The position numbers and the translations under genes are program-made. The notes beneath the pieces are model-generated. The model did no database searches. It was not told the DNA's origin and saw nothing but the letters and a program-made list of their open reading frames with translations. Positions 36,898 through 46,237 of a stretch of DNA of 64,000 bases are shown piece by piece. Numbering within the stretch: position 1 is the stretch's first letter; the number at the start of each line of letters is the position of its first letter. This DNA comes from Solirubrobacteraceae bacterium (lineage in GTDB: Bacteria > Actinomycetota > Thermoleophilia > Solirubrobacterales > Solirubrobacteraceae), in NCBI GenBank assembly GCA_035566955.1, contig DATMPY010000203.1, positions 687-64,686 on the forward strand, in the 5' to 3' direction.

Positions 36898-38229
36898 TCA
36901 CACAGAGCCGACCCGCGCTCCGCGCGCGCCGAGGCTGGGCATCGCCTCGCCGTCGGCTTCGATCGCGCTGACGACGAGCTCGGCGAACAGCGCTGCGCGC
37001 TCGGCGTCGTCGGGCCCGTAGTGGCCGCCGTCGCGCCGATCGAGCAGCGAGAGCACCCCGATCGGGCGCCCCAGGCGAATGAGTGGGACGACCAGCATCG
37101 TGTAGGGGACGTGGCCGGTGCCGGCGGCGATGCGGGAGGCGAAGCGGGGATCTGTGCGACAGTCGGCGACCGCCAGCGGCTGCCCGCTCTGCACGACGCT
37201 GCCGGCGAGGCCGTGCCCGGGGGGCAGGCGCACGCCCACGATCTCACGCCCTCCCGCTCCCCACGCCGACTGGTAGACCAGCTCGCGGGTGTTGGCGTCG
37301 GTCAGCGCGATCGAGGAGGCCGCGGCCCCGAACACGCCGGCCGCGGTGCGCGCGATTCCCTCCATCAGGCTGCGCCGGGCGGCGGGCTGCTCGATCGAGA
37401 GCGTGAGCGACCCGCCGGTCGTGGGCTGCGTGTGACCCCAGGGCTGCGTGTGACTCCCCAGGGCACGGGCGAAGGCGGCGATCGAGGCGACCCGCCGTTC
37501 AGGGACCATCTCCAGGCCGGCCTTCACCGCGTCGGCGATCTCGGGGGGAACCTCGGGGGCGAACTCGCGCAGCTCAGTCGGGCTGGCGTACACCGGGGGC
37601 CGGCCGACGATCAGCGTCCACAGCGTGGCGGCCAGGCCGAAGACGTCGCTGCGCGGGGAGACCGAGCCTCCGGCGAACACCTCCGGCGCCATGTAGCGCG
37701 GCGTGCCGACTCCCACGGTGCCTTCGTCTTCTTCCTCGTCCTGGAGCAGGCGGGCGATCCCGAAGTCGACCAGCACGATGCCGCTCTCGCCGAGGATCAG
37801 GTTGTGGGGCTTGACATCGCGGTGCACGATCTGCTGGTCGTGCACGTACTCGAGCGCCTCGCAGCTCTCGCGGGCGTAGTCCAGCGCCTGCTCCAGCGGC
37901 AATCCTGGATTGCCGGCCTGCCCCAGCAGCGCGTGCAGATCGGTGCCCTCGACCAGCTCCATCACGAGGTACTGGCCGCGCTCGTCGGCGAAGTGGTCGG
38001 TGACCTGGACGACGCGCGGATGGCGCAACAGCGACAGCAGCTGCGCCTCGACCTCGAAGCGCTCGGCGTGGCGGGTGTTGTTCACATGCTTGATCGCCAC
38101 GGCCGCGCCGGTGCGGGTGTCCTGAGCGCGGTAGACCGCGCCCATCGCCCCGCTGGAGATCGGCGCCTGCACGGTGTAGCGGTCGGCCAGCGTGAGCGCC
38201 TGCGGCAGGACGAAGCGTGACTGATCCAT
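36898..38229 (-). CDS. Ser/Thr protein kinase with C-terminal GAF domain
   Basis: GAMGAVY, VAIK, HRDVKPHN, DFG, APE; GAF: GLAGSV..SGQPL...DPRF...MLVVPL...IGVLSLLD. Confidence 0.9.
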   Translation of the reverse strand: MDQSRFVLPQALTLADRYTVQAPISSGAMGAVYRAQDTRTGAAVAIKHVNNTRHAERFEVEAQLLSLLRHPRVVQVTDHFADERGQYLVMELVEGTDLHALLGQAGNPGLPLEQALDYARESCEALEYVHDQQIVHRDVKPHNLILGESGIVLVDFGIARLLQDEEEDEGTVGVGTPRYMAPEVFAGGSVSPRSDVFGLAATLWTLIVGRPPVYASPTELREFAPEVPPEIADAVKAGLEMVPERRVASIAAFARALGSHTQPWGHTQPTTGGSLTLSIEQPAARRSLMEGIARTAAGVFGAAASSIALTDANTRELVYQSAWGAGGREIVGVRLPPGHGLAGSVVQSGQPLAVADCRTDPRFASRIAAGTGHVPYTMLVVPLIRLGRPIGVLSLLDRRDGGHYGPDDAERAALFAELVVSAIEADGEAMPSLGARGARVGSV

Positions 38230-38332
38230 GTCGAGGCCAGCGTAACGCAGCCCCGTCCTCCGCCCTCGGTAGACGCGCCGCGCGGGCGCAATGAAATGAT
38301 CGGCGACCGGGAGCTCGGATAGCGTTGAACCG

Positions 38333-40303
38333 GTGAAGCGTAAGCGCGGGAGGGCCGGGCCGGCACGCACGCGGCAGCTGCGGCTGGTGCTGCTGGCGAT
38401 CGTGGCGCTGGGCGCCACGGGCCTGGCGATCGTCGCTTACGAGACCGATCTGCTGCGCTCGCTCGAGCTGAGCACCGTCAACACCCGCTTCTCGATCCGC
38501 GGCCGCCAACGCCCACCGGCGAGCATCGTGCTGGTCGAGATCGACGAACGGACCTTCGACGAATTGGACCTGCAGTGGCCCTTTCCGCGCCGCGTGCATG
38601 CCCGTGTGATCGAAGACATCGCGCGCGACCACCCCAGGGTGATCGCCTACGACGTGCAGTTCAGCGAGGCCAGTGCCTGCCCGATCTCCACCAACGGCAC
38701 CCAGCCGCCGCCGGGCGACTGCCCCCAGGCGCGCAGCGATGAGACAGCGCTGCTCGCCGCGCTGAACAACGCTGAGGGGCGCACCGTAATGGCCGCCACC
38801 GAAACCGAAGCAAACGGGAACACCAGGTTCCTCGGCAGCGAAGGCAACGCGCTGCTGGGCGAAGTGGGGTCGCGGCCGGCCAACGGGCTGCTGCCCACCG
38901 ATCCAGGCGGGGTCCTGCGAAGGGTCAGCTTCGCGGTCGGCGGGCTGAAGACGCTCGCCACGGCGAGCGCGGAAGTCGCCGACGGGCGGCGGGTGCGCGC
39001 GAGCGAGTTCGCCGGGGGTCCCGCCTGGATCGACTACTACGGGCCGGAAGACATATTCCCCCGGGTTTCGTTCTCGACCGTCTACCTCGGCCACGTACCG
39101 CGCGGCTTCTTCCACGGCAAGATCGTGGTCGTCGGTCCCTCGGCGCCGACGTTGCAGGACATCCACCCGACGTCCACCGCGAGGCAGATGCCGGGAGCCG
39201 AAGTCCAGGCCAGTGCGATCGAGACGGTGCTGCGGGGCCTGCCGTTGCGCTCGACGGGGGCGTGGCTGGACCTGGCGCTGATCGTGCTGCTGGGCTGCGC
39301 GACCCCGCTGGCCACGCTGCGGTTCGGCTCGATCGCCACGGTCGCACTGGCGGTTGCGCTCGCGGCGGTGTTCACGGTGGCCGTGCAGATCGCTTTCGAC
39401 GATGGGCTTGTCGTGTCGTTCGTATACCCGCTCGGGGCCCTGATCCTCAGCGCGGCGGGGGCGCTGTCGGTGCAGTTGGTGACGGTCGCCTTCGAGCGCG
39501 AGCGGGTGCGGGATCTGTTCTCGCGCTTCGTGCCCGAGAACGTCGTGGACGAGGTGCTGGCGAGCACCGACGCGGGACTGCGCCTCGGTGGGGTGCAGCG
39601 CGAGGGAACTGTGATGTTCACCGATCTGCGCGGCTTCACGACGTTTGCCGAAACGCTGACCCCGGACCGTGTGATCGAAGTGCTCAACCGCTACCTGAGC
39701 GAGATGAGCGATGCGATCCTCGACCACGGGGGCACCCTGGTGGCCTACATGGGGGACGGGATCATGGCGGTGTTTGGGGCGCCGATCGTGCAGGCCGACC
39801 ATGCCGACCGTGCGCTCTCCACGGCCCGCGAGATGCTCGCTGTGCGCCTGCCCCGCTTCAACGCGTGGCTGCGCGAGCAAGAGCTGGGGTCGGGGTTTCG
39901 CATGGGCATCGGCCTGAACTCGGGGCGGGTGATGTCGGGCAACGTGGGCTCCGAGCGTCGCGTCGAGTACGCCGCGGTGGGCGACGCCACGAACGTGGCT
40001 GCCCGCATTGAGCAGTCCACCAAGGGGACCCCTCACCAGCTGCTGCTGTCAGGGGCAACGAGGGAAGCGCTGACCGAGCCACCCGAGGATCTCGTGTTCG
40101 TAGAGGAGGTTGAACTGCGCGGCCGGCGCAGGCACACAACGCTCTGGTCGCTTGCCGAGGACGGGGCAAAGCCCGCGGCGGGCCAGCTTGAATCCCTGCC
40201 CGACGATCGGCCCGGGGAGGGCCGGCGGGTGTCCCCGGTGGACGGTCGATCTGGAGAGGGCCAGCCGGGACCGGCGACGGCCGATCAGCCTGAGACCGCG
40301 TAG
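38333..40303 (+). CDS. CHASE2-domain class III adenylate/guanylate cyclase
   Basis: IVLVEIDE...WPFPR..HA, IAYDVQF, GKIVVVG, MPGAEVQA, 3 TMs, FTDLRGFT, GDG, NVAARIE. Confidence 0.93.
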   Translation: MKRKRGRAGPARTRQLRLVLLAIVALGATGLAIVAYETDLLRSLELSTVNTRFSIRGRQRPPASIVLVEIDERTFDELDLQWPFPRRVHARVIEDIARDHPRVIAYDVQFSEASACPISTNGTQPPPGDCPQARSDETALLAALNNAEGRTVMAATETEANGNTRFLGSEGNALLGEVGSRPANGLLPTDPGGVLRRVSFAVGGLKTLATASAEVADGRRVRASEFAGGPAWIDYYGPEDIFPRVSFSTVYLGHVPRGFFHGKIVVVGPSAPTLQDIHPTSTARQMPGAEVQASAIETVLRGLPLRSTGAWLDLALIVLLGCATPLATLRFGSIATVALAVALAAVFTVAVQIAFDDGLVVSFVYPLGALILSAAGALSVQLVTVAFERERVRDLFSRFVPENVVDEVLASTDAGLRLGGVQREGTVMFTDLRGFTTFAETLTPDRVIEVLNRYLSEMSDAILDHGGTLVAYMGDGIMAVFGAPIVQADHADRALSTAREMLAVRLPRFNAWLREQELGSGFRMGIGLNSGRVMSGNVGSERRVEYAAVGDATNVAARIEQSTKGTPHQLLLSGATREALTEPPEDLVFVEEVELRGRRRHTTLWSLAEDGAKPAAGQLESLPDDRPGEGRRVSPVDGRSGEGQPGPATADQPETA

Positions 40304-42315
40304 CCGGCCTGATGCAGCGCCGTGAGCGCGTTCGCTGCGCGTTCGCGGTCGCTGCCAACCGCCCGCCCCGCCCGCGCGTAGGCCGCGACATCTCCGGCTC
40401 GCGCGGCCGCGGCCAGCGCGGCGTAGTCGCGGCTGAGAGCCATCAGCGAGTCGGCGAGGCGCGCGTTGAGGCCCTGCACCGCGGGACTTACGGCCAGGCG
40501 CCCGAGCGCTCGTGACGCGGAGCTGTAGGCGGCGGCGAGCTGAGCGGCTGCGGCGGCCTGCGCGGAGGCGCTCGATGCGGCGTGCAGTCGGGTGGCGCCG
40601 ACTGCGGCGGTGCCACGCAACGTTCCGAAGGTGCGCCCCAGCTGGCCTGCGTAGTCGGAGCTAGGGGCCAGTCCAAACGCGGTGGTGCCGTTCAGCTTCA
40701 GCGTGGCGGCGATCTGCGCGCACTGCGCCGCAGGCGCGGAGGTGGAGGAGCCAAGGCACGCGATGGTAGCCACGCCGCCTGAGGTGGGTACCGCGTAGAG
40801 GGTCAACGCCCCGGCGAGGCCATGCACGGACAGTCCGCTGTAGCGGTATGCCTGCAAGGCGCCCAGCCGCACCGGCTCGGGTCGGGGCGGCGCCCCGTTC
40901 AGCGCGGCGGTGAACGCCCCGGGCAGCAGCGCGGGCCCGGAGGCACTCACCTCCCCGGCGAGGAGGCGCTGAGGGGAGGAGGCGCCGGCGGATGGGCTCA
41001 GGGCAAGCGCGAGCGGCTGTGAGAACGTGAGTCCCGGAATCGTGGGGGCGCTCGCGAGCTGCTGCCAGGCGGACGGGAACGAGAGCGCGACGTGGCCCGA
41101 GGAGGCCGAGTGGCTGAATGCTTCTCCCGAGCCGACCGAGCCGCCACCGAGCAGGAACCCGGCGGCGGCCGCGAGCACCGCGGCGGCGACGATCGCCGGC
41201 AGGTATCTCCCCCGAGCGGCTCCGGTCGTGGCCGGGGTTGCCATGGACTGGGCGCCGGCGGAAGCAGGGGCTTCGGCGGAAGCGCTGACTTCGGCGCCGG
41301 CCGTGTGAGCCGTCGCGGCCTGCTCGCCGCCTGGTGCTTCCCCGACGCCGGCCGCGGCAGCAGCGGCCGCGGCGAGGCGGGTCGCACCGGGATCGCTCTG
41401 CGCGGCCGAGTCCCGCACGCGCGTCGCCCCCCCGGCGGTGGGGCGCAGGCGCGTCGTGTCCGTGGAGGCCCGCGGCGCGGGCGCCTCGGGCACGGCGCCG
41501 AGCGCACGCCGTGCCTTCAACATCAGCTCGCCGGCCGAGGCGGGTCGGTCATTGGGGTCCTTCGCCATCCCCTCGGCGACCACCTCGTCCATCGCCGCGG
41601 GGAGGTCCGAGCGCACCTGCGACAGACGCGGTGGGGGCTCGGTGAGGTGCGCGAGGAGGGCCCGCTCTTCGGTGGCCCGCACGTAGGGAACCTGGCCGGT
41701 GAGGCACTCGCAGAGCACGGCTGTGAGGGCGTACACGTCGCTGCGGGCCGTGGCGCGCTCCCCGCGGGCCTGCTCGGGGGAGATGTAGTCGATCGTGCCC
41801 ACGAACTGGCCGGTTTCGGTCATCGCGGCGTCGTCGTGGGACTTGGTCAGGCCGAAGTCGGCCAGGTAGGCGTGGTCGCCGGCGCCGACGAGCACGTTCT
41901 GAGGCTTGACATCGCGGTGGATGAGCCCCTTCGCGTGTGCCGCGTCGAGCGCCTCGGCGACCTGCGTGAGCAGGCGCAGTGCCCGCCGGTCGTCGAGCTG
42001 GCGCCGCAGGATCAGGTCCTTGAGCGTGGGACCCTCGACCATGCGCATCGCGAGGAACAGCCTGTTGTCGGTCTCCCCGGCCTCGTAGACGGTGACGATG
42101 TTGGGGTGGTCGAGCGCGGCCTGCAGCAGGCCCTCGCGGCGGAAGCGCTCGCGGAAGCCGGGATCGGCGCTGAGCTCCGCGGTCAGCACCTTCAGCGCCA
42201 CCACGCGCTCCAGCGAAAGCTGCGTAGCGCGGTAGACGGTGCCCATGCCGCCCTCCCCGAGCGTGCCGTCGATGCGGTAGCCCGCTACGACCGTGGAGCT
42301 GTCCAGCGAGTCCAT
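40285..42315 (-). CDS. membrane Ser/Thr protein kinase
   Basis: GEGGMG, VALK, HRDVKPQN, DFG, SPE; TM and Ala-rich extracellular C-terminus. Confidence 0.92.
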   Translation of the reverse strand: MDSLDSSTVVAGYRIDGTLGEGGMGTVYRATQLSLERVVALKVLTAELSADPGFRERFRREGLLQAALDHPNIVTVYEAGETDNRLFLAMRMVEGPTLKDLILRRQLDDRRALRLLTQVAEALDAAHAKGLIHRDVKPQNVLVGAGDHAYLADFGLTKSHDDAAMTETGQFVGTIDYISPEQARGERATARSDVYALTAVLCECLTGQVPYVRATEERALLAHLTEPPPRLSQVRSDLPAAMDEVVAEGMAKDPNDRPASAGELMLKARRALGAVPEAPAPRASTDTTRLRPTAGGATRVRDSAAQSDPGATRLAAAAAAAAGVGEAPGGEQAATAHTAGAEVSASAEAPASAGAQSMATPATTGAARGRYLPAIVAAAVLAAAAGFLLGGGSVGSGEAFSHSASSGHVALSFPSAWQQLASAPTIPGLTFSQPLALALSPSAGASSPQRLLAGEVSASGPALLPGAFTAALNGAPPRPEPVRLGALQAYRYSGLSVHGLAGALTLYAVPTSGGVATIACLGSSTSAPAAQCAQIAATLKLNGTTAFGLAPSSDYAGQLGRTFGTLRGTAAVGATRLHAASSASAQAAAAAQLAAAYSSASRALGRLAVSPAVQGLNARLADSLMALSRDYAALAAAARAGDVAAYARAGRAVGSDRERAANALTALHQAGYAVSG

Positions 42316-42352
42316 CAGGTCACCGGCGCGGAGGGGTCACCACTCCTCGACA

Positions 42353-42721
42353 CTAGCCTACGATCACCGGGCCGCTGCCTTTGCCGCCGCCGCTTGGCGG
42401 AGCGGCCGGCGCTGAGGGCGATGCCGGCGTGGAGGGCGATGCCGGCGTGGAGGGCACGGCCGGAGCCGCCGGCGTGGGACTTGGGGAGGTGCTCTGCGCG
42501 GGAGTCGCTGGATGCGGCGGGCGGTGCAGCGCAGGGAGCGCCACCGCGGGCAGGGCGAGGCCGGAGGCGTGCACCGGAGTCGAGGGCAGCACGACCGGAG
42601 TCGGCAACGCCGCCGCCGACGTCCCCCCAGCGGTTGCCTTGCGCACCGCGAAGGCGGCCCCGAATGCCAGCACCACGATCAGCGCGGCGATTGCCACGCG
42701 CCCGCGCGAGGTGACGGTCAT
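42353..42721 (-). CDS. small membrane-anchored Pro/Ser/Thr-rich protein
   Basis: N-terminal TM, PSTPAS repeats, co-oriented with its neighbours. Confidence 0.6.
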   Translation of the reverse strand: MTVTSRGRVAIAALIVVLAFGAAFAVRKATAGGTSAAALPTPVVLPSTPVHASGLALPAVALPALHRPPHPATPAQSTSPSPTPAAPAVPSTPASPSTPASPSAPAAPPSGGGKGSGPVIVG

Positions 42722-42734
42722 GTGCAGCGCTCGG

Positions 42735-43700
42735 TCATTCGCAGCGCTTGGGCCTCTTCGAGTCCGGTGCCAGGCAGCGCTGGATCTTGGTGAAGCTCCC
42801 GTGGCCGACCCGGTATTCGATGTAGGCGCCGATCTGGTTCTTGGCGGTCACGTAGATCTTCAGGGCGGCGCCATCCGGCAGCACCGCGCCGCCCAGTCGG
42901 GGAAAGCGAACGGTCCGCGCGGTCGTGGCCTGGGGGCGGCATCCGCGCGTGCAGCGCACTTCGACGCGGGCCTTGCGGGGGGCGGCGACGGAGAGGCTCA
43001 CCACTCGCACTCCACCGGCGAGCGGCTGTGCGGCGAGCGTCGCTTCGGCCTGCAGGCGCTTGCGCGGGACGAGGTAGTCGAACAGGAACTCGATGTTGCC
43101 CCCGGCTTCCTGCGCCCCGCCGATCTGGATCGTGTAGGACTTCCCGGCCTGGACGTTGGCGAACAGTTCACCGGCCGCCGTGGGCTGGTTGACTGCGCAG
43201 TGGCGCTGGCTGTTTTCGGGCAGCAGGGTCTTGGGGTCGAACGGCGTCACCGCCATGATCGTGCCGAAGTCCGCTGAGGTGCGGATCCGCACGAGCCCGT
43301 TGGCATTGGGATAGAAGTCGTACCAGATCGTCTTGCCCTCGCCGACACCGTTGCAGCCCGTCAGCTCGGGGGGACCCCCGTGGGACGTCGGGTTGAAGAT
43401 GTCCGACTGGACCGTCGCCGCCGCCGTGTTGCGTTCGTCGCGCAGGGTTTCCGTGCGGTTGAGCGGGGTGCCCGGCTGGTTGATGTTCAGCGAGCTCAGG
43501 TAGTTGTCGTTGAGCGGCGGCGCCGGCGCCGCTTCACACGGTGCTTTGACGCAGGTGATCGTTGTGAACAGGTAGTTGCCGTCGATCGACGGCACAGGCG
43601 CCGTGGCGCTCGCCGTCATCGTCGTCGCCCCCATCGCCAGCAGCATCGCCAGTGCGACGACCGCGATCGGCCGCCGGGAGCGCGTGTGTGTTGCTCGCAT
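42735..43700 (-). CDS. secreted hypothetical protein
   Basis: GAGGTG RBS, signal peptide, Cys pairs, basic C-terminal domain. Confidence 0.7.
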   Translation of the reverse strand: MRATHTRSRRPIAVVALAMLLAMGATTMTASATAPVPSIDGNYLFTTITCVKAPCEAAPAPPLNDNYLSSLNINQPGTPLNRTETLRDERNTAAATVQSDIFNPTSHGGPPELTGCNGVGEGKTIWYDFYPNANGLVRIRTSADFGTIMAVTPFDPKTLLPENSQRHCAVNQPTAAGELFANVQAGKSYTIQIGGAQEAGGNIEFLFDYLVPRKRLQAEATLAAQPLAGGVRVVSLSVAAPRKARVEVRCTRGCRPQATTARTVRFPRLGGAVLPDGAALKIYVTAKNQIGAYIEYRVGHGSFTKIQRCLAPDSKRPKRCE

Positions 43701-43855
43701 CAGACCACCTCGCCTAACTTGCCGGGAAGCACCAATCATATGCCAGCCGCCGGCAACCCGCGCCTTGCCAGTCGCCGCCGGGTCGCCGGATCATGGCGCG
43801 GGCGGCGGTCGCCTACGACGAGGCCCGCACGATTCGCCTCCCGTGGCGCGAGTCG

Positions 43856-43953
43856 GCCCTGGAGCAGCTACTGGCGCTGGCCGAGCCGCTGGCGAGCTCG
43901 GAGCCGCGCCGCGAGCTGATCATCGTCCGCCTAGTCAGGCCGCCCCGCGGCGC
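43856..43953 (+). pseudogene. remnant of a cation:H+ antiporter C-terminal domain
   Basis: ALEQLLALAEPLASSEPRRELIIVRLVRPPRG matches ALERLIELAEPLARTAPQRELILTRLVEPPRG encoded at ~4391-4489. Confidence 0.65.
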
Positions 43954-43976
43954 TCGCTCAGCTCAGGCGTCGGCGT

Positions 43977-45137
43977 TCAGGCTCCGGGCGCCTTGGCCAG
44001 GTAGGACTGGCCGGTGAACAGGGTGATCGTCTTGCGGCGGTGAAAATCTCGGACCGAAACGACGCCCCGCTTGACCCGCGTGAGCGTCCCATCGCACTGA
44101 TTGGCCACGCTCCAGATCGTCCCCCGCACGGTCGCCGAGCTGTACTGCCCCCGCGCGGTGAAGCGCCCATGCGAGCTGGCGTTGAGCTGTCCGAGCACCT
44201 TGCTGCTCAGGTGGCGGGCCGCGGACCGAGCCTTGCCGAGGCTGGCGCAGGACTGACGCGTACTGTGGACATCGAAAATATTCAATTCGGTAAGCCCCCG
44301 CTGCCTGCGTGCTTGGAGAAGCTTGAAGATGCCGGCACCGAAATCGCCAGACTGCAACCTGCCCTTTGCAGCAGTAGCGGTAGTGATACGCGCAACACCA
44401 GCAGTCGTGTCAAGAATCGACCCGACGGGAATCTGACGCGCTTGCGCCAGTGGAATGAACCCGAGTCCCTTCGTCAAACTCTCGACCGCCGACTCCAACG
44501 GCAAATCAAGGCTCGTGGGCGCGCTGCCGGAGGGCAGCTTGACGAACACTTCCCCGCTCACCGGTTCCACATTCACAGTGCGGCCCAGAACCGGCGCCGG
44601 TGTTGTCGGCTTTGAGATGCGCTTCGCGAAGGTTGGCTGGTTGCTGCGCCCATAGCTGTCGGAGAACGTCCCCGTGAGTGTGTCGGCGTCGGCGCTGATC
44701 GTCATGACGGCGGTCGAGCTGTAACTCTCCAGCTTGAAGTTGGCGCTGTCGAGCGTCACGGTGTGGCCGCTGATTGTGCCGCTCACGGTCCACGCGTCGC
44801 CGCTCGCCGCCGACCCCGTCCCGCTGATCGCGCCCGTGCTGAAGTCCTCGCTCGTGATCGTGAACGTCTGGGGGAAGGTGGGGTGGGCTTCGCACTGCGC
44901 GAGGGTGCCGCCAACGCATGCCCAAGCGTCGAAGGTGCCTCGCAGATCGGGGATGGAGCCACTCTGCGCCGACGCAGGGGCGACCATCAGGAGGATCGCG
45001 CCGCAACTGGACAAGGCTACGGCCAGGCGGTGCCCACGCCTGGGCGGCAAGACGGCTCGGTTGAGGAAACGAGAGATCCAACTGAGAGCGGGCACCGAGG
45101 CCTCCCTTGCTTTACGCTTGAGGTAGAGCGACGCCAC
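43977..45137 (-). CDS. secreted protein with the conserved FecR-like C-terminal domain (copy 3)
   Basis: Signal-like ASAQ, small beta-barrel-like N domain, shared C-terminal domain; start uncertain. Confidence 0.78.
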   Translation of the reverse strand: MASLYLKRKAREASVPALSWISRFLNRAVLPPRRGHRLAVALSSCGAILLMVAPASAQSGSIPDLRGTFDAWACVGGTLAQCEAHPTFPQTFTITSEDFSTGAISGTGSAASGDAWTVSGTISGHTVTLDSANFKLESYSSTAVMTISADADTLTGTFSDSYGRSNQPTFAKRISKPTTPAPVLGRTVNVEPVSGEVFVKLPSGSAPTSLDLPLESAVESLTKGLGFIPLAQARQIPVGSILDTTAGVARITTATAAKGRLQSGDFGAGIFKLLQARRQRGLTELNIFDVHSTRQSCASLGKARSAARHLSSKVLGQLNASSHGRFTARGQYSSATVRGTIWSVANQCDGTLTRVKRGVVSVRDFHRRKTITLFTGQSYLAKAPGA

Positions 45138-45198
45138 TCACCGACGTCGGCGGGCGTCCCACTCTCCATGCATACAAAACAAAGCTTATACGGGGACG

Positions 45199-45222
45199 AT
45201 TCCACGGGTCATTCCACGGGTC
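45199..45222. repeat. perfect 12-bp tandem direct repeat ATTCCACGGGTC x2
   Basis: Read directly in the divergent intergenic region. Confidence 0.85.
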
Positions 45223-45324
45223 GCCGGCCGTGCTGGCGAAGGGCAGAGACACGAACACGGCGGGACGCGCCAAGACCTGCAACGCTGCCAGCGTGCACGA
45301 CGACTTCGATGGAGGCGGACCAAG

Positions 45325-46221
45325 GTGGCAGGCGTGAATGACGAGCCCGAGCACGATCAGCAGGCGGCGGCGCGCGAGGCGCCCGACCCGCTGATCGGCG
45401 TCACCGTCGGGCGCTACCGGATCGAGTCGTTGCTGGAGGTCGGCGGGATGGGGCGCGTGTACCGGGCGATCGACTCCGAGGGCACGCTGGTGGCGCTCAA
45501 GCTGGTGAGGGGCGACCTCGCCGAGGACAGCGTCTTCCGCAAGCGCTTCGAGCGCGAGGCGCGGATCGCCCAGCAGGTGAAGAACCCCCACGTGGTGCCG
45601 GTGCTCGACACCGGCGAGTACGAGGGCGTGCCGTACCTCTCGCAGCGCTTCATCGAGGGCGGCTCGCTGGAGCAGAAGCTGAAGCGCGAGGGTCGCCTCG
45701 ACGTGCCCTCGACACTGGCGATCTGCGCCCAGGTGGCGGACGGCCTGGACGCGCTGTTCGCCGGCGGGATGGTGCACCGCGACGTGAAGCCCGCGAACGT
45801 CCTACTCGACCTGGACGGCACCGCGCTGATCACGGACTTCGGGTTGGCGAAGGACAGCCAGGGCACGAACCTCACGCGCCCTGGTCAGGCGCTGGGCTCC
45901 CTGGACTACATGTCACCCGAGCAGATCCGCGGCGAGGAGGTGACCGCGGCGACCGATGTGTACGCGCTCGGGTGCGTCATCTGCCAGTGCCTCAGCGGAG
46001 TCCCCCCGTTCAGCGACCGCAAGGGCATGCGGATCCTATGGGCCCAGCTCCAGGACGAGCCGCCCGACCCCTGCGCGGAGCTGAACGATGCCCCACCAGC
46101 GCTGGGAGGAGCCGTGCTGCGTGCGCTTGCGAAGGTTCCCGCCGAGCGTCCGCAGAGCGCGGGCGAATACGCGCGCCTGCTGTACGAGGCGGCCGGCTTG
46201 ACGCCGCCTGCCGCCGGATAG
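45325..46221 (+). CDS. cytoplasmic Ser/Thr protein kinase (kinase domain only)
   Basis: GGMGRVY, VALK, HRDVKPAN, DFG, SPE. Confidence 0.92.
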   Translation: MAGVNDEPEHDQQAAAREAPDPLIGVTVGRYRIESLLEVGGMGRVYRAIDSEGTLVALKLVRGDLAEDSVFRKRFEREARIAQQVKNPHVVPVLDTGEYEGVPYLSQRFIEGGSLEQKLKREGRLDVPSTLAICAQVADGLDALFAGGMVHRDVKPANVLLDLDGTALITDFGLAKDSQGTNLTRPGQALGSLDYMSPEQIRGEEVTAATDVYALGCVICQCLSGVPPFSDRKGMRILWAQLQDEPPDPCAELNDAPPALGGAVLRALAKVPAERPQSAGEYARLLYEAAGLTPPAAG

Positions 46222-46237
46222 GCGTTGCGCCGGAGGC

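Noticed and set aside
33280-44600. Diversity-generating retroelement or invertase shufflon behind the repeated domains
   Set aside because: No reverse transcriptase or recombinase in the window; differences are not adenine-specific.
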